The notes under the pieces: model-generated
Databases searched by the model: none
What the model was told of the DNA's origin: nothing
Seen by the model: only the letters and a program-made list of their open reading frames with translations
Assembly: GCF_009914755.1 (NCBI RefSeq)
Contig: NC_060932.1
Strand: one strand, 5' to 3'
Source: the human T2T-CHM13v2.0 reference genome, Homo sapiens
DNA length: 64,000 bases
Shown: positions 23,225 to 36,554 of the stretch, one piece after another
Layout: every line of letters starts with the position of its first letter
Numbering within the stretch: the first letter of the stretch is position 1
Made by a program: the position numbers and the translations under genes

Positions 23225-25810
23225 TTGCAGGTGGCCTAGATTCAGGCCCCAGAATCTGGGTAATGCAAATGAATCTGCACAGTAATGTATTCACAGCACC
23301 AAGGAGCCTCCAGATGAATTGCACTTCAGAGTGAAGAAGTCAGCATCACAGTCTGAGCAGTAGAGGTGATCTGAGAGTTTTCTGTCCTTCCCAAAGTGAG
23401 TCTTACACGCTGGCATGGAGGGCTATCAAGAATATTCTCTTCCTTCTTATTGTCACGTAACATTGTAGCTGGCCTTGTATATGCATTCATATTCACCTCC
23501 AGTCCCGATTCTATAGCTTTCCAGTCCCATGCTGCCACAATTTCAAATGTATCATGGTCAAATCAAGTTCTCTGCCTTCCCTACTCAAGTGGCCTCTCCC
23601 TAAATCTCTCCTGTATCTGTTAAAAAAGTAACCCTTGGCTCCTCCCTCAAATTTCTCTCCTCATCTTTTCAATGTCAACTCAATTTAAACAACAACAACA
23701 AAACTCCAAAACAATTGCTTCTTCCTCAACAGTATGGCTGGTCTTAGCGCATTTTTTTTTTCCTGTTACTGATGTTCTCCCAGGCTTTCCACCAGAGAGA
23801 CTGAAATTATGTCCTATCTGAGACTGCTGCCTCTGGTCTTTTCTTCCTCCGATCCTTTCTGCATACCATAGAGTTATGTGCTTCTCAAGGCAATGTTTTC
23901 CTTGGGTTTCTCCTCTGTTCAGAAGCCTGAAGTAGGATCCAGCATCTCTTAAATCATCTCACAATGCTTTGCTAATTTTTTAGATGTTATAGAAAAGGTC
24001 TTCAAATTTAATTTCTTACTATTCTTTTAAACACACCTTTAGACCAGACAAGACAATTCTCATTCACCTCGCCAACACTGGGTTTATTTTTAATATCATA
24101 TCTCTCCTCACTTAGAAGGTTTGCAAATAGACTTTCTGTTTAGCTGACATCTATTCATTAAAACCAAAAATCTCAGCTTACGTCCCTTTTCATGAAGATT
24201 TCTCTGACTATTCCAGCCTGCAACCTTGACTAATTTTTTTACTACTTTGGATTTCTGTTGGTCTCTCTCTTCTGATTGAATGTTGTCTTGCATTGTTCTT
24301 GAATACTTTAATGACACTTAATCTCATCTTTGCAATTAGACTGTAAGCCCACTGAGGATCAGAGACTACTCTAAGTTCTTCAAATGGACAGAGTGGCTAA
24401 TTTTTGTGATGTCCTTTCCTTCATTCCTTGATAAAAGATAAAATTTACTACAATTTGTTTTTAAGCAGCCCTTTAAAATCTATGGAGTCCTTTCATATAC
24501 ATTATCTTTAAACCAGAAAGTCCGGTAGACATTTAATTACTTTATATTCTCAATCAGGAAAAGTAGCTCCTCCCCACTCTGTAGAGTTGCAAGGTCTCCT
24601 TGGGAAAGGCTTTAGTACCTATTTGAGTAAGTGAATATATGCTGAATAGAATGCTGCAGTAACAAAAAGTTGCAAGGAGATCTTCCATCTTATTCTTTAA
24701 GCCTCCCATCAGTATAAGGAATTAGTGGGAGTGGGCTAGCCTGTATGAGGAGCCCAGAGAGTTGGCAGAGAAGGAAGCAATTCTGTTCCCTTAGTTTGTT
24801 CTCCCTCAGATTCACAACTGGGGAGCTCTGTTAGTATTAGGGTGGTCCCGACCAACCATCAATGACAAGTTTTTAAGTAAAGCTAACATTAAGATCAGAG
24901 AAAGATGGCACTTAGCAGAAGGAAAAGAGTGAGCATTATACTCTGTATTTGAAGCAGCTGCCATATCTATGTTCTCCATTTGGAATCAGCTTTAATTCAA
25001 CTCTCCTTGGGAATGACTTTCCCTGAGGAACAAAAGACCCCAAAGATCTAAAAACTAAGGCTGTAGCATTTTGGAAGATCAGGCCTACCTGAGGTTCAGT
25101 ATGTTAGTCTGTGAAGAACCCAACAGCCAGCATAAAAGGGGTCTGATTCCCCATCAAGTTTCTGGACACAACCATTGGAGATCACTTTGCCTAGGATCGA
25201 CATTGCCTGAGTGTACTCAGGAATCACGCCTTATATAGCACATTCTGCTCTCCATCCTGAGGAAGTGGCCGAGTAAAAGAAGTGAAAGTGCTTTGATTCT
25301 GGGCATCCAGATCTCTTTACTGGCCATAACACCAGGGAATGGGTTCACCCCTCCTCAAAGAATGAAAATGAAAGGAAAGGAAAGTTTGTCTCAGCTACTA
25401 TGTGTTGACCATGATCGGTCAAGTCAAACCCAGCTTCCAGTAGCTCTCTACCCTAGTAAGCACTCCTTTCTCTCTTGGATACTATTAAGCAAGAGGTTCC
25501 TTGGAATTAAAATATAGATAGGATTAGGGCTTTGATAAAATGCAGATCAAACTTCTCATTACTCCTGCTATTCTTGACAAGCGAAAGTTCAAGCATTATA
25601 TTCTCTAATTTGAGGGTTAGTCTATATTCCAGATGCATGCAGAATGCAAAGATTGTTCCATATTATTTTAATCTTCACAATAAGCTTATAAATCAGAAAG
25701 GCCAAATAGCACTTTTCCCATTTGAAATGTCAGCTCTTTGTAGCTGACAGTTAAGAAATACATATTTATTATATAATTTTTTAAAATATGCAATCTCCTT
25801 TTTGACCAGG

Positions 25811-26307
25811 TGTGGTAGGCAGAATAATGGTACTCAAAAATGCCCACTTCCTAATCTCTGGAACCTATAAGTATGTTATTTTACATTGAAAAAGGACTTT
25901 GCTGAAGTGATGAAGTATCTTGAGATGGGGAGATTATCCCGGATTATCTGAGTGGGCCCAGTATAATCATAAGGATCTTTATAAGGCAGGCAGAAAGGTC
26001 AGAATCAAAGGAAATGTGATCTCAGAAGCAGAGAGAGACAGAGACAATTAAAGAGATTTGAAGATACCATGTTGCTGGCTTTGAAAAGAAAAGGGCCACA
26101 AGCCAAGGAATACAGATGGTATGGAACAGCTGAGAGTCAAGGAAATAAATTCTCTTCTAGAGCCTACAGAAGGAAAGAGGAGGGCAGGACTACTGACACC
26201 TTTACTTTAGTACTTCTGACCTCTAGAAATGTAAAAGAATGAATTTGTGTTGTCTTAAGCCACTAAATTTGTGGTAATTTGCCATAGCAGCAGTAAGGAT
26301 CCAATAT
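25811..26307 (+). mobile_element. MLT1D-like MaLR solo LTR
   Basis: It starts tgtggtaggcagaataatgg, contains gagatggggagattatcccggattatctgagtgggccc, and ends ttaagccactaaatttgtggtaatttgccatagcagca. Confidence 0.85.
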
Positions 26308-27270
26308 TTCAGGGTAAGAAACAATTAATGACAAGTCTTTAGCCAAAACACTGAAAATGTGATCTATTTTACCGCTTGTATATTTCTGGGTGGAAAGCAA
26401 AGTTGGTAAAATAATTGGTGGGAAGAAAATTTTTTGGTGTTCTCCTAACAGATAGGCTGATTGTGTGTTTCTAGTTTCCTGGTATTACCAACCTCTCTTT
26501 GCAGACACATTCAGCTAATGCAGCCAAATGCTGACTGCACTTCTACGTGCATGTCTTCACATTTCATACTTGGGTGTGAAAGTAGAACTGTGGGAAGGGC
26601 CAGTGCAGATTCTGAAGGGTCAGTGAAAATGTTTGTTTGCCTAAAGCTTTTCCAAGCTAAATTCAAAGTCCAGTAATATCATGTCATTTCACAATTATTA
26701 ATTAAAAATGAGAATTTGCTTTTGTAACCCTGCGAAGAACTCTGCTTAGAAATTTGTACATACTTTTCCACCTCTAGGGGTTCAATTTCAAAGTTTTTAA
26801 GGTTGTCTATTCAACTTTATTGAAGAGAAATAAGCTTCATGCTTAAAAAATGTTCTTTTGTTATTTCATTTTTTACTAACACTCTATTTTGTTGTTAAGA
26901 TTCTAGGAAAATATTCTCATAATCTTCATGTTGTTTTTCTTATTACTTGTTTTGCAGTTTTTCAATAGATTCAAACTAAGTCAATCCAGATCTAAGTAAC
27001 AAATTTTCAGTAACTTGGTGAAATTTCCAAAGTCTCTAGCATTAAAAAAAAAAAAAAAAGTTTATCGGGAATAAGTAGTCTTGAATTCAGACACAACTAT
27101 AATTCCATAACATATTCAGCTACACTAGGTAGGAAGCTTGAAATATTATGTGTAGCCTCTTACTCCTGATAATTACTAACAATTATTGAGCACTTACTGT
27201 GTGCTAGGCACTGTATTATGTATTTTACACTTATTGGCATGTGTAATTTTCACACAGGTCTGTGATGCGG

Positions 27271-27720
27271 TGTGGTGGGCTGATCGCATTAATAGTCCCA
27301 TTTTTTCACACACTCTTGCATCCACACCCTTTAGTAATTTCTTTTAACATTGACTGAGGCGTGACCATGTGACTTGCATGGCAAATGGAACAATAGCAAA
27401 CTGATGCAAGTGGAGACTTGAAAAAGTGCTTGCACATTTCCCTTCTGTTGCTGGGATCTCTGCCACCACCAGTGAACAGGCCATCAGTCTCCTGGAGAGA
27501 TATGAGACATATGTGGAAAGGAGCCAAGATATCCCAAGCAAGGTCATCCTAAACTATCAAGCCCCAGCTTCTCTTCTGGGTAATCGCAGAAGCCTGAGTG
27601 AGCCCTTACTGAGATCAGCCAAGCCCAGCCCATCTCAGATTGCAAGGAATAATAAATGGTTTTGGGTTTAAACTCTAAATTATAAGGTAGTTGGTTACTT
27701 AGCAATAGTTACCTGGTACA
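27271..27720 (+). mobile_element. MLT1 (G/H-like) solo LTR inserted in an antisense MIR (about 27180-27850)
   Basis: It has TG...CA ends (tgtggtgggctgat...acctggtaca) and the motif ccatgtgacttgcatggcaaatggaa. MIR text continues on both sides, and the flanks tgcgg / tgtag fit a CpG-decayed 5-bp TSD. Confidence 0.75.
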
Positions 27721-28596
27721 TGTAGCTAATACTATTATTTTCAGTTTATATATGAGTAAACTGAATTTTAGAAGGATTAAGTATCTTGCTCAAGGTTTTG
27801 CTTCCAGACTGTTTGACTCTAAGGCTCATGAGCTTAACCACATGCAATCAAACTACAATTTGGTGAACTGTGAAATGAGTTGTTCAACCTAGAAATTGAT
27901 AGACTAGTTCTTTATACACACACACACATTACATATATGCATGTATATGTCTGTGTGTTCATATACATGTGTACACATGGTGTTCCCTTCTGAAAGGGCA
28001 GACATGAGTATAATGAAATAAATAAATGTGGCATCACAGGACATTAGGTGATTATCATTGATTAGTTAATTTTACATGGGTGACACTCCACCTTTTGGGT
28101 GGGATAATTTTCCTATCATATAGGGCTCTTCTTATGCTATAGGATGTTTATAAATCTGACCCCATATAATGTTACTAATGCCCCTCCAGTCATAATGACA
28201 ATTAAAAATGCACCCACAGTACTTTTGATGACTCATTTTGGTCCCTACGTATTACAGGAAATTTCCGAAGTTTCCTCGATCGGGAATAGGGAAGGGAGAG
28301 AGATATTGTCTTCAGCAGAGAACCACTCTTAGAATTTTTAATGTATTGGATTTAATACCAAATGCATGTGGGGTTTTTGTGGGTATGTATGCACTAATTT
28401 AAAATAATTTTAATTTAACTTTTAAGGCTTAATAAATTATTATCAGGCAAACATCTTTGATATCACCACGCAGGGAAAGAAGTAGTACTTTGTCAGTTAG
28501 CCTAGATACTTCTTCTATGTCCCCTGTCTCATTCGTAACCCCCTCCATACTCTCAAAAGTAACTACTATTCTTTTACTCTTTTATAGTAATCACTT

Positions 28597-28892
28597 TTTT
28601 TTTTTTTTTTTTTTTTTTTGGTGAGACGGAGTCCGGAGTCTTGCTCTATCGCCCAGGCTGGAGTGCAGTAGTGTGATCTCGGCTCTCTCTAAACTCCAAC
28701 TCCAGGGTTCAAGCGATTCTCCTGCCTCAGCCTCCTGAGTAGCTGGGATTACAGGCAAATTTTTGTGTTTTTAGTAGAGACAGGGTTTCACCATGTTGGC
28801 CAGGCTGGTCTTGAACTCCTGACCTCAAGTGACCTGCCTGCCTCGGCCTCCCAAAGTGCTGGGATTACAGGCATGAGCAACTGTGCCTGGCC
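28597..28892 (-). mobile_element. AluS (Sz-like) with a ~20-bp internal deletion
   Basis: Poly(T) is followed by an antisense Alu. There is a perfect 14-bp TSD TATAGTAATCACTT at 28583-28596 and 28893-28906. Confidence 0.95.
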
Positions 28893-30595
28893 TATAGTAA
28901 TCACTTCTTAAATTTTTATTTTAGCTTCATCATTTAAATGTATGTCTCTACTCAGTATATTTATTTTGATTATATGTTTAAAATATTCTATATCAGCCTT
29001 TTTTCAATCTAAAGTTATTCTCTTCATCCATTTCTTTTTCTCAAAATTGATCTGTGGAAGAACCTTGGATATTTACTTATTTCAGGCTCAGGGCATTAAA
29101 TATATGAGATTAGCAAATTTTTTTTTGGAAAAAAAATCACAGTAATATCTTTTATATAGTCAACCTATGCACAGTTAAGTCAGTCTCTCACAACTGTGCA
29201 TTGGTTCAGAAAAATATTGTCATTTTGGCCTAGTTGGTATCTTGGGATAATGACCCCTGACTTTCATCAGTTAGCATCAGGGCCAAGAAACACTTATGTA
29301 AACAGTGAGATTAATAATTATTTCCAAAACAACAGGCTTTGATTGGCTTCCAGGGATGCTATTAACAACTCTTAGCCCATACCTATTCAAGAATGATGTC
29401 ATCACTTTAGCCATTTATAAATCACTTTTTAGATGATATAAAGTGATACTGAAAATAACTTTTGCTTTCAACTTTTTCTCCCTGCCCAATTGTTACTTCA
29501 TGACTTTTTCCTTCCAAATTAGAAAACAATCAAAGCCTGGTTATTTGTGGGATCATGATGCTATAGTTTGGGCTGCTTTGTTATTTTCTTAATTCTCTAC
29601 TTTAAGAATGATTTTAGAAGATCAGCTTACAGTATAATAGAGAAGGTAAGTAGCTATTTGTCCTTTTGAAGTTGGCAGGTAGATTGATTGCCTGGAAATC
29701 TGAGTGCTATTCAAAACCAACATATTGTGTTTTCTGGTTGTAATAACAATATATACTCATTACAGACATCTTTTAGGAAAAATACAAAGAAAAATAACAA
29801 AAAATACAAAATACATGCCTTACTGATACAGTTCATTCTCATTTTTCCTGTAAGCGTATATGTTTAATGATGACTTTCAGGGACAGCATGCCACTGCCAC
29901 GGCCCAAATCCTGTCCTGTTAGCACTGTGACAGTGCTGCTTCTCATTTTGCACTGTGTGCATTCCTCTCTCCTGCTGTGCAGTCCATGTGCTACTATACT
30001 CTTGAGGTCACACTGTAAGGGCTCCCACCATGTTAACTCACCCACAATACAGCTTTGCCCATAATTCTGCATGGGACTGTCTTCTGTTGTACTCTTCAAC
30101 AGAAGTATATCTCACCCCAAGACCTTTGGACTACAGTGAGCAGACTTGTGGGACAGGTAGGTTCTCAGGCCGCCTTGGTCTGGATAGTTAATTTGAAAGC
30201 CAAGTAACAACTAAATCTATTAATCTATAGCCCAATCCAATAATCTTTCTTGCTAGCTGTCATGGAAGCCTTCTCCTTCATCTTAAGTTGGAAAAGAGCT
30301 CATCATTAAGGGGCTTCATAAACTTTATTCCATCTTTATTTTTCATGTGATCTCTTAGCTTCCTAGGTCTTTTGAGGGGAGCACTGAACTGCTCTCAGGG
30401 AATAATATCAGTGTAATATATTAATAATTAATATTTTGTATTTGACACGCCTGGCACAGTGAAGGATCAGTAAGTGTTAGTAAATGTAATGATTAGTAAT
30501 CATCATTAGCTGAAGGATCCATGTATCGTTCAAATGAACATGATCTGTAAATAGTTAGAAATACAAAAACAGATTTAGGAAAATATATGTGTTCA

Positions 30596-30891
30596 GGCCA
30601 GGCGCCGTGGCTCATGCCTGTAATTCTAGCACTTTGGGAGGCTGACGCGGGTGGATTGCCTTAGATCAGGAGTTTGAGACCAGCCTGGGCAACACGGTGA
30701 AACCCTGTTTCTATGAAAATACAAAAAATTAACTGGACGTGGTGGTGCATGCCTGTAATCCCAGCTACTCAGGAGGCTGAGACAGGAGAATTGCTTGAAG
30801 TTGGGAGGCGGAGGTTGCAGTCAGCCGAGACTGTGTCACTGCACTCCACCACAGAGCGAGACTCCATCTCAAAAAAAAAAAAAAAAAGAGA
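30596..30891 (+). mobile_element. AluS full-length
   Basis: It runs ggccaggcgccgtggctca...ccatctc followed by an A tail. There is a perfect 17-bp TSD GAAAATATATGTGTTCA at 30579-30595 and 30892-30908. Confidence 0.96.
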
Positions 30892-31424
30892 GAAAATATA
30901 TGTGTTCAATTATTTGTGTGATACATCTGTTAATTGCTTGAATGGTCCTAGAAAACAATCGACAAAGCTGGTAAACTGCAATTGTCTGCACACTTTCGAC
31001 TTTATTCAGAAGACACATATGGCTTTATCAGTTCATTCTCCAATAATGCATAGTGTTCAACAAATTTGTGTAATAGGTTTAGAATTAATTAACTACTGAG
31101 ATGAATACTCGTTTGAGAGCCACAAATACACTTTACTATCAATCTAGCTCCCAAAACTACTAGCAGAAGACCTAAAAATAGGTAGCTATTCAATAAATAT
31201 TTAGTGAATGAATGAACTCATGAATTTAGTTAAACAGTCACACTCAGGAATATTGCAAGGCACATCTGTTTTCAGCTCTTCTAAGAAAAGTAGGCTCAAA
31301 GGCCTATTATATCATGAAAAGTTATTAAATTCATTGTAGGAATTGTTACAAGTTCACGACTGCGCTCTGAATGATAATCTGGTAAAATTAGAATGATAAT
31401 CCCATAGAAAAATAAAACATCTCT

Positions 31425-31635
31425 TAACTCATTCATTTATTGGTGTACTCAACAAACATTTATGAGCACTCACTATATACCCCTTACCCCTACCGTCAAT
31501 ATTAAGCAATGGGAATATAACAATGTAAAAGACTGGCATGGCTCCTGCTGTTATGAAATTTGCAGTCTAATGGAGGAGACAAATAAATAGCTAATTTCAA
31601 GAGTATACAGTCCACGCTAGAGAAATACATAGCCT
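31425..31635 (-). mobile_element. L2 3' region, degenerate
   Basis: ctcattcatttattgg...caacaaacatttatgagcactcactat...ggctcctgctgttatgaaatttgcagtctaatggaggagaca. Confidence 0.65.
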
Positions 31636-31639
31636 AACC

Positions 31640-31823
31640 CAGTGGTCTTCAAACTTAGTGTGCATCAAAATCATTTGGAAAGCTTTTTAAAAACACAGAT
31701 TGCTGTACCCAACTGAAGAACTTCTGATTCAGTGCATCTGGGATGTATGCCAAGAAGTTGTATTTGAAGTTCTCAGGTGATGCTGATGCTGCTGGTCCAA
31801 GGATAACACTTTGAGAACCATTG
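31640..31823. mobile_element. MER5A hAT-Charlie element
   Basis: cagtggtcttcaaactt...tgcatcaaaatca...tctgattcagt...caggtgatgctgatgctgctggtcca...cactttgagaaccattg. Confidence 0.85.
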
Positions 31824-32072
31824 ACTTAGACTAAAGGAGTGTTAGGCTGAGCTAAACTCTGCAATCTCATTATTTCACTTATAACTTGAGGCCAGGGTAA
31901 TTCGTTGAAATACTAATTTGTATAGATATATTTATTCCTTCCTGATTTTCAAGGACAGAGCTGATCTTTAGCAATTTTTTGCCACACATATTTTTGGAAA
32001 GTGTAAGGCAGAAGCTTTTTGAACTAAGGGGCCTTTTGTAAACATCTACACTCCATTTCAAAGAGTTTATGA

Positions 32073-32203
32073 GGCCAGGTGCAGTGACTCATGCCTGTAA
32101 TTCCAGCACTTTGGGAGGCTCAGGTGGGAGAATCACTTGAGGCCAGGATTTGGAGACCAGCAACATGGCAAGAACGCATCTCTAAAAGAAAAAGAAAACG
32201 AAA
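32073..32203 (+). mobile_element. FLAM or Alu left monomer abutting an L1
   Basis: ggccaggtgcagtgactcatgcctgtaattccagcactttggg...catctctaaaagaaaaagaaaac. Confidence 0.85.
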
Positions 32204-33940
32204 GCAAGAATGCATATCCCATTCACAATAGACAAAAGAAAAAAAAAACAACCTAGGAATACCTTTAACCAAGGAGTCAAAAGATCTCTACAAGGAGAAC
32301 TATAAAACACTGCTGAAAGAAATCAGAGATGACATAAACAACTGGAAAAATATTCCATGCTCATGGATTAGAAAAATCAATGTTGTTAAAATGGCCATAT
32401 TGCCCAAAGCAATCTACAGATTCAATGCTATTCCTATCAAACTACCAATGACATTTTTCACAGAATAAGAAAAAACTATTCTAAAGTTCAGATAGAACCA
32501 AAAAAAGAGCCTAAGTAGACAAAGCAATCTCAAGCAAAAAGAACAAAGCTGAAGGCATCACATTTTCTGACTTCGAACTGTAACATAAGACTACAGTAAC
32601 CGAAACAGTACCGTATTGGTATAAAAACAGACACATAAACCAATGGAACAGAATAGAGAAGCCAGAAATAAAACCGCAAACCTACAGCCTTGTCGATCCT
32701 TGACAAGGTCGACAAAAACAAGCAATGGGAAAATGATTCCCTGTTCAATAAATGCTGTTAGGATAACTGGTCAGCCACATGCAGAGGAATGAAATAAGAC
32801 CTCTACTTTTTACCAGATGCAAAAATTAACTCAAGATGGATTAAATATTTAAATATTTAAATGTAAGACTTCAAACTATAAATTCTTAGAAGAAAACTCC
32901 ATTCTGGACATTGGTCTTGGCACAGAACTGATGGCTAAGACCTCAAAAGCAATTGCACCGAAACCAAAAATTGACACATGGGACCTAATTAAACAAAAGC
33001 GCTTCTGCACTGCAAAAGAAACTGTCAACAGACAAAGCAGACACCCTGCAGAATGAGAGAAAACATTTGCAAACTATGCATCTGACAAAGGTCTAATATC
33101 TAGACTTTATAAAGAACTTAAACAAATCAACAAACAAAAACAAACAACCCTGTTAAAACGTGCGCAGAGAACATGAACAGACACTTTTCAAAAGAAGACA
33201 TACAGTGGCCAACAAACATATGAAAAAAATGCTGTAAATCACTAATCATTAGAGAAATGTAAGTCAAAACCACCATGAGGTAAAACCTCACACCAGTCAG
33301 AATGGCTACTATTAAATAGTCAAAAAATAATAGATGCTGGTGAGGCTGCAGAAAAAAGGGCATGCTTACATATTATTAGTGAGAGTGTAAATTAGTTCAG
33401 CCATTGTGGAAAGCAGTTTTGATATTTCTCAAAGAATTTAAAACAGGACTACCATTCGACCCAACAATCTGATTATTGGGTATATATCCAAAGGAAAATA
33501 AATCATTCTACCAAAGAGACACATGCACTCACTTATTCATCAGAGTACTATTTTCACAATAGCAAAGACTTGGAATCAACCTAGGTGCCCATCAATGGTA
33601 GATTGGATAAAAAAATGTGGTGCATATACACCATGGAATACTACACGCCACAAAAATGAATGAAATCATGACCTTTGCAGCAACATAGATTCAGCTGGAG
33701 GTCATTATCCTAATCAAATTAGTATAGGAACAGAAAACCAAATACTAAATGTTCTCACTTATAAGTGGGAGCTAAGCATTGGGTACACGTGGACACAAAG
33801 ATGAGTAAAATTGACACTGGAAACTCCACAATATGGGAAGGAAGGAGTGGGGCAAGTGCTGAAAAACTTTTGGATACTATGCTCAGTGCCTGGGTGATGG
33901 GATCAGTCACACCCTAAACCTCAGCATCATGCAATATACT
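32204..33940 (+). mobile_element. L1PB / old L1PA 3' part (ORF2 C-terminal portion plus 3' UTR), 3' terminus missing
   Basis: It shows continuous L1 ORF2 similarity (aaagatctctacaaggagaactataaaacactg; ccatgctcatggattag; gttctcacttataagtgggagcta). It stops at ctcagcatcatgcaatatac with no poly(A). Confidence 0.93.
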
Positions 33941-36129
33941 AGTTGCATGTATTGGTATTGAGATCTAGCAGAAAGAAGAAATTTTGGTTGTGCTAGAGAA
34001 ATCTGGGGTCAGTGATCAGAAATCTGTGATCAGAGGAGAAGCTTGACCCATTTCATGATCATGTACTAGAGACATGACAAGATCATGTCCAAGAAACATG
34101 GCAAAAATGGGGCATCAAAGGAAAATGGTTCTGGGTCTGAGGGCTCCCAGCCTTGCCTGTCATTCCCTTACCCAAAACATGGAGCACAGACACAACAGAG
34201 GAATCAGACTTACAGGAGCCACACAAGTTGTGGAAATGGACATTCAGACATTCTAAGAGATAACCAAGGGATTAATTTATCCCCATCCCCAGGAATCTGG
34301 TATGATGTAAGACTGAGCCCCTGACAATGCTGGAGGAGGAGAACAACACAGCAGAAAGGGTTTCTTGCTAGGTGAACACAGGGAAGCTATGGCAATGATT
34401 TAAATAGGTTGAATTGTAATGAATAAGTATTATTTCCTACATGTCTAAGTTTGTGGGCTCAGATTTATGCTTGCCTCTATTAGTTAATGAGACAATTATA
34501 AAATTATTTTAAGAGAAATTATAAAACCAGTAAACCACTTGATATATATTGTTCACGAAGTTTTTTTTTTTTTTTGGAAAGAGTCTAATAAAGAACTTCA
34601 TACTTAACATGGGCTCAAGAAATATTTGTTAAATTGAAATGACTGTATTAGGATGTTTCAAAATTCTCCATGTGTATCCATGCTAAATATACACTTTAGG
34701 ACAAGTGACATGGTATATTTTAAGAAAGTCAGTGTAGTGCTTGGGTTGAGGGAATAGGTTTAGGAATCACCTGCTTAGATTCAAGTATGTTATACAATAA
34801 TTATATAACCTTAGACAATTAGCTAAATGTTTTGTGCCAAGTTTGCATTTGAAAAATGAGTATAATAATAATAATGCCCACCTCTCAGTGTTGTCACCAA
34901 GATTAAATGAATTGTGTCTTTGAGTTTTAAATGCAAGATTTCAAAATTAGTGACAATGTATAGGCTGTAGCCAATTTGCATGGGTGAGTTCATGAATAAG
35001 TTCCAAATAGACAAGAATATGCCTTTTATTGTATATTCTGCTTACAGACTTGGAATTCAGAATCTTTCTCAAAAAGCCTAGAATTTGTTGTTATTGTTGT
35101 TAAACTGTGATCTGTTTTACAGTTTAATGAACTGAGATTCTGCAAAATATTCAGGCATTAACAGTGACAGTTTTAACATTGGCATAGAAACACTCTCAAG
35201 ATATTTAAACATTAGCTAACTTGATTGTCTTTGGACTTCAATGCTGTCTTTATATATTTTTGTCCTTCATAACTCAGGTTATAAAAATATCATTACCTGA
35301 GCTAAAAAATGGCCAGGGCAACCACCCATATTCCAAGTATGTTCTATAGAACATTACATATTACATTGGAGAATAACACAGGGGTGGGTTCCTCCTTGGT
35401 TATTTCATTATATTAAACATCTGTACATTTCATTTTAGCTTGTATTATAGCTGGCTTTCTTGGTTACAGGCACACCAAGTATCCATTCCCCAAACAAGCT
35501 CTGTTTCTTGTAACTCACCATCTCCTTTTTAATTCCTTAATTCCACTGGCAATTTGGAGTGGTCTGCTTACTCATGTTGTGTCTGCAGTTCTGGAGTCTT
35601 AGCCCTTGAGTCATGTAATTTTGGAAATCTTTGCCTTCTGCCTTATGTATTAACAGCAATCAGGCAGCCTCTTAAGACCTTCCTGGAAACATCCCAAAAT
35701 ACCTCAGCTTTTATTTTGGTTTTAGTTTGAAGAAATATCAGTCAAGTTATCCCTGAGCTCCTAATTTTGACTGGCCACCCAGATGAAGACAGCCTTAGAG
35801 ATGTCTAGTTTGGCAAATCAGCATCCTTGGCAGCAATTTGTGGATTTTGTAAATGTCACACAACCAATTTGTATTATCGAGGTACCAAAATCACAATTTA
35901 GCTTTTTATTCCAAGGAAAACTTTTTCTATGACTAATGTTTAGTACTAGAAATTCCTTCCTTTCTTGTTTAGCTGATCAATGAAAGGCTAGGTTTTAAAG
36001 TAGGAAAAAAAAAGTATGGGATTAAAGATTCACTAAGTAAAGAAATCTATTTTTAAAAAAACATTAGTAGCAATTGAGGGATAAACGAGTAAATGAAACT
36101 CTATAATCAGAGTTTATAGAATATTTCTT

Positions 36130-36495
36130 AATACATGTATTCAATACAACCTTTTTAACCTACTATATACAGGATACATTGCTAAGTCACAGAGAAAGTG
36201 TGAAAAACTAAGAGCCATTTTTTTGCCCAAAAGAAGCTTATGGTCTAGGATGAAAGGCAAGAAGATAAACAGGTGATTTCAATATAGAGCGCTAAGTGCT
36301 ATATTAGGGGTAAGTACTTAGTATAATGAGAACACTAAAATAAAGCACCAGGAACACTATGGGGTTTGGGGTTAGAAGAATTTTCCTGGAGGTATACATA
36401 TCTAAGCTATAATAAGAAAGGGGTAAACAATTTGGCCAGGAAAAGATAATGCATTTTGAGCATTCTAGGCAAGGGAAATAGCCATGCAAAGACCT
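36130..36495 (-). mobile_element. L2 fragment
   Basis: aacctactatatacaggatacattgctaag...aagcttatggtctagg...ttcctggaggta...cattctaggcaagggaaatagccatgcaaagacc. Confidence 0.6.
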
Positions 36496-36554
36496 CAGTT
36501 ATTCCAATCAAAGAGGGAAGGCCTTAGACGTTCTCACTCACATATTATGTTAAT

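Noticed and set aside
33960-34480. Ancient LTR-like sequence (also about 6130-6520 and 61800-62380)
   Set aside because: It has only a general resemblance to old gypsy- or ERVL-type LTRs, and I cannot assign a family or boundaries without a Dfam search.
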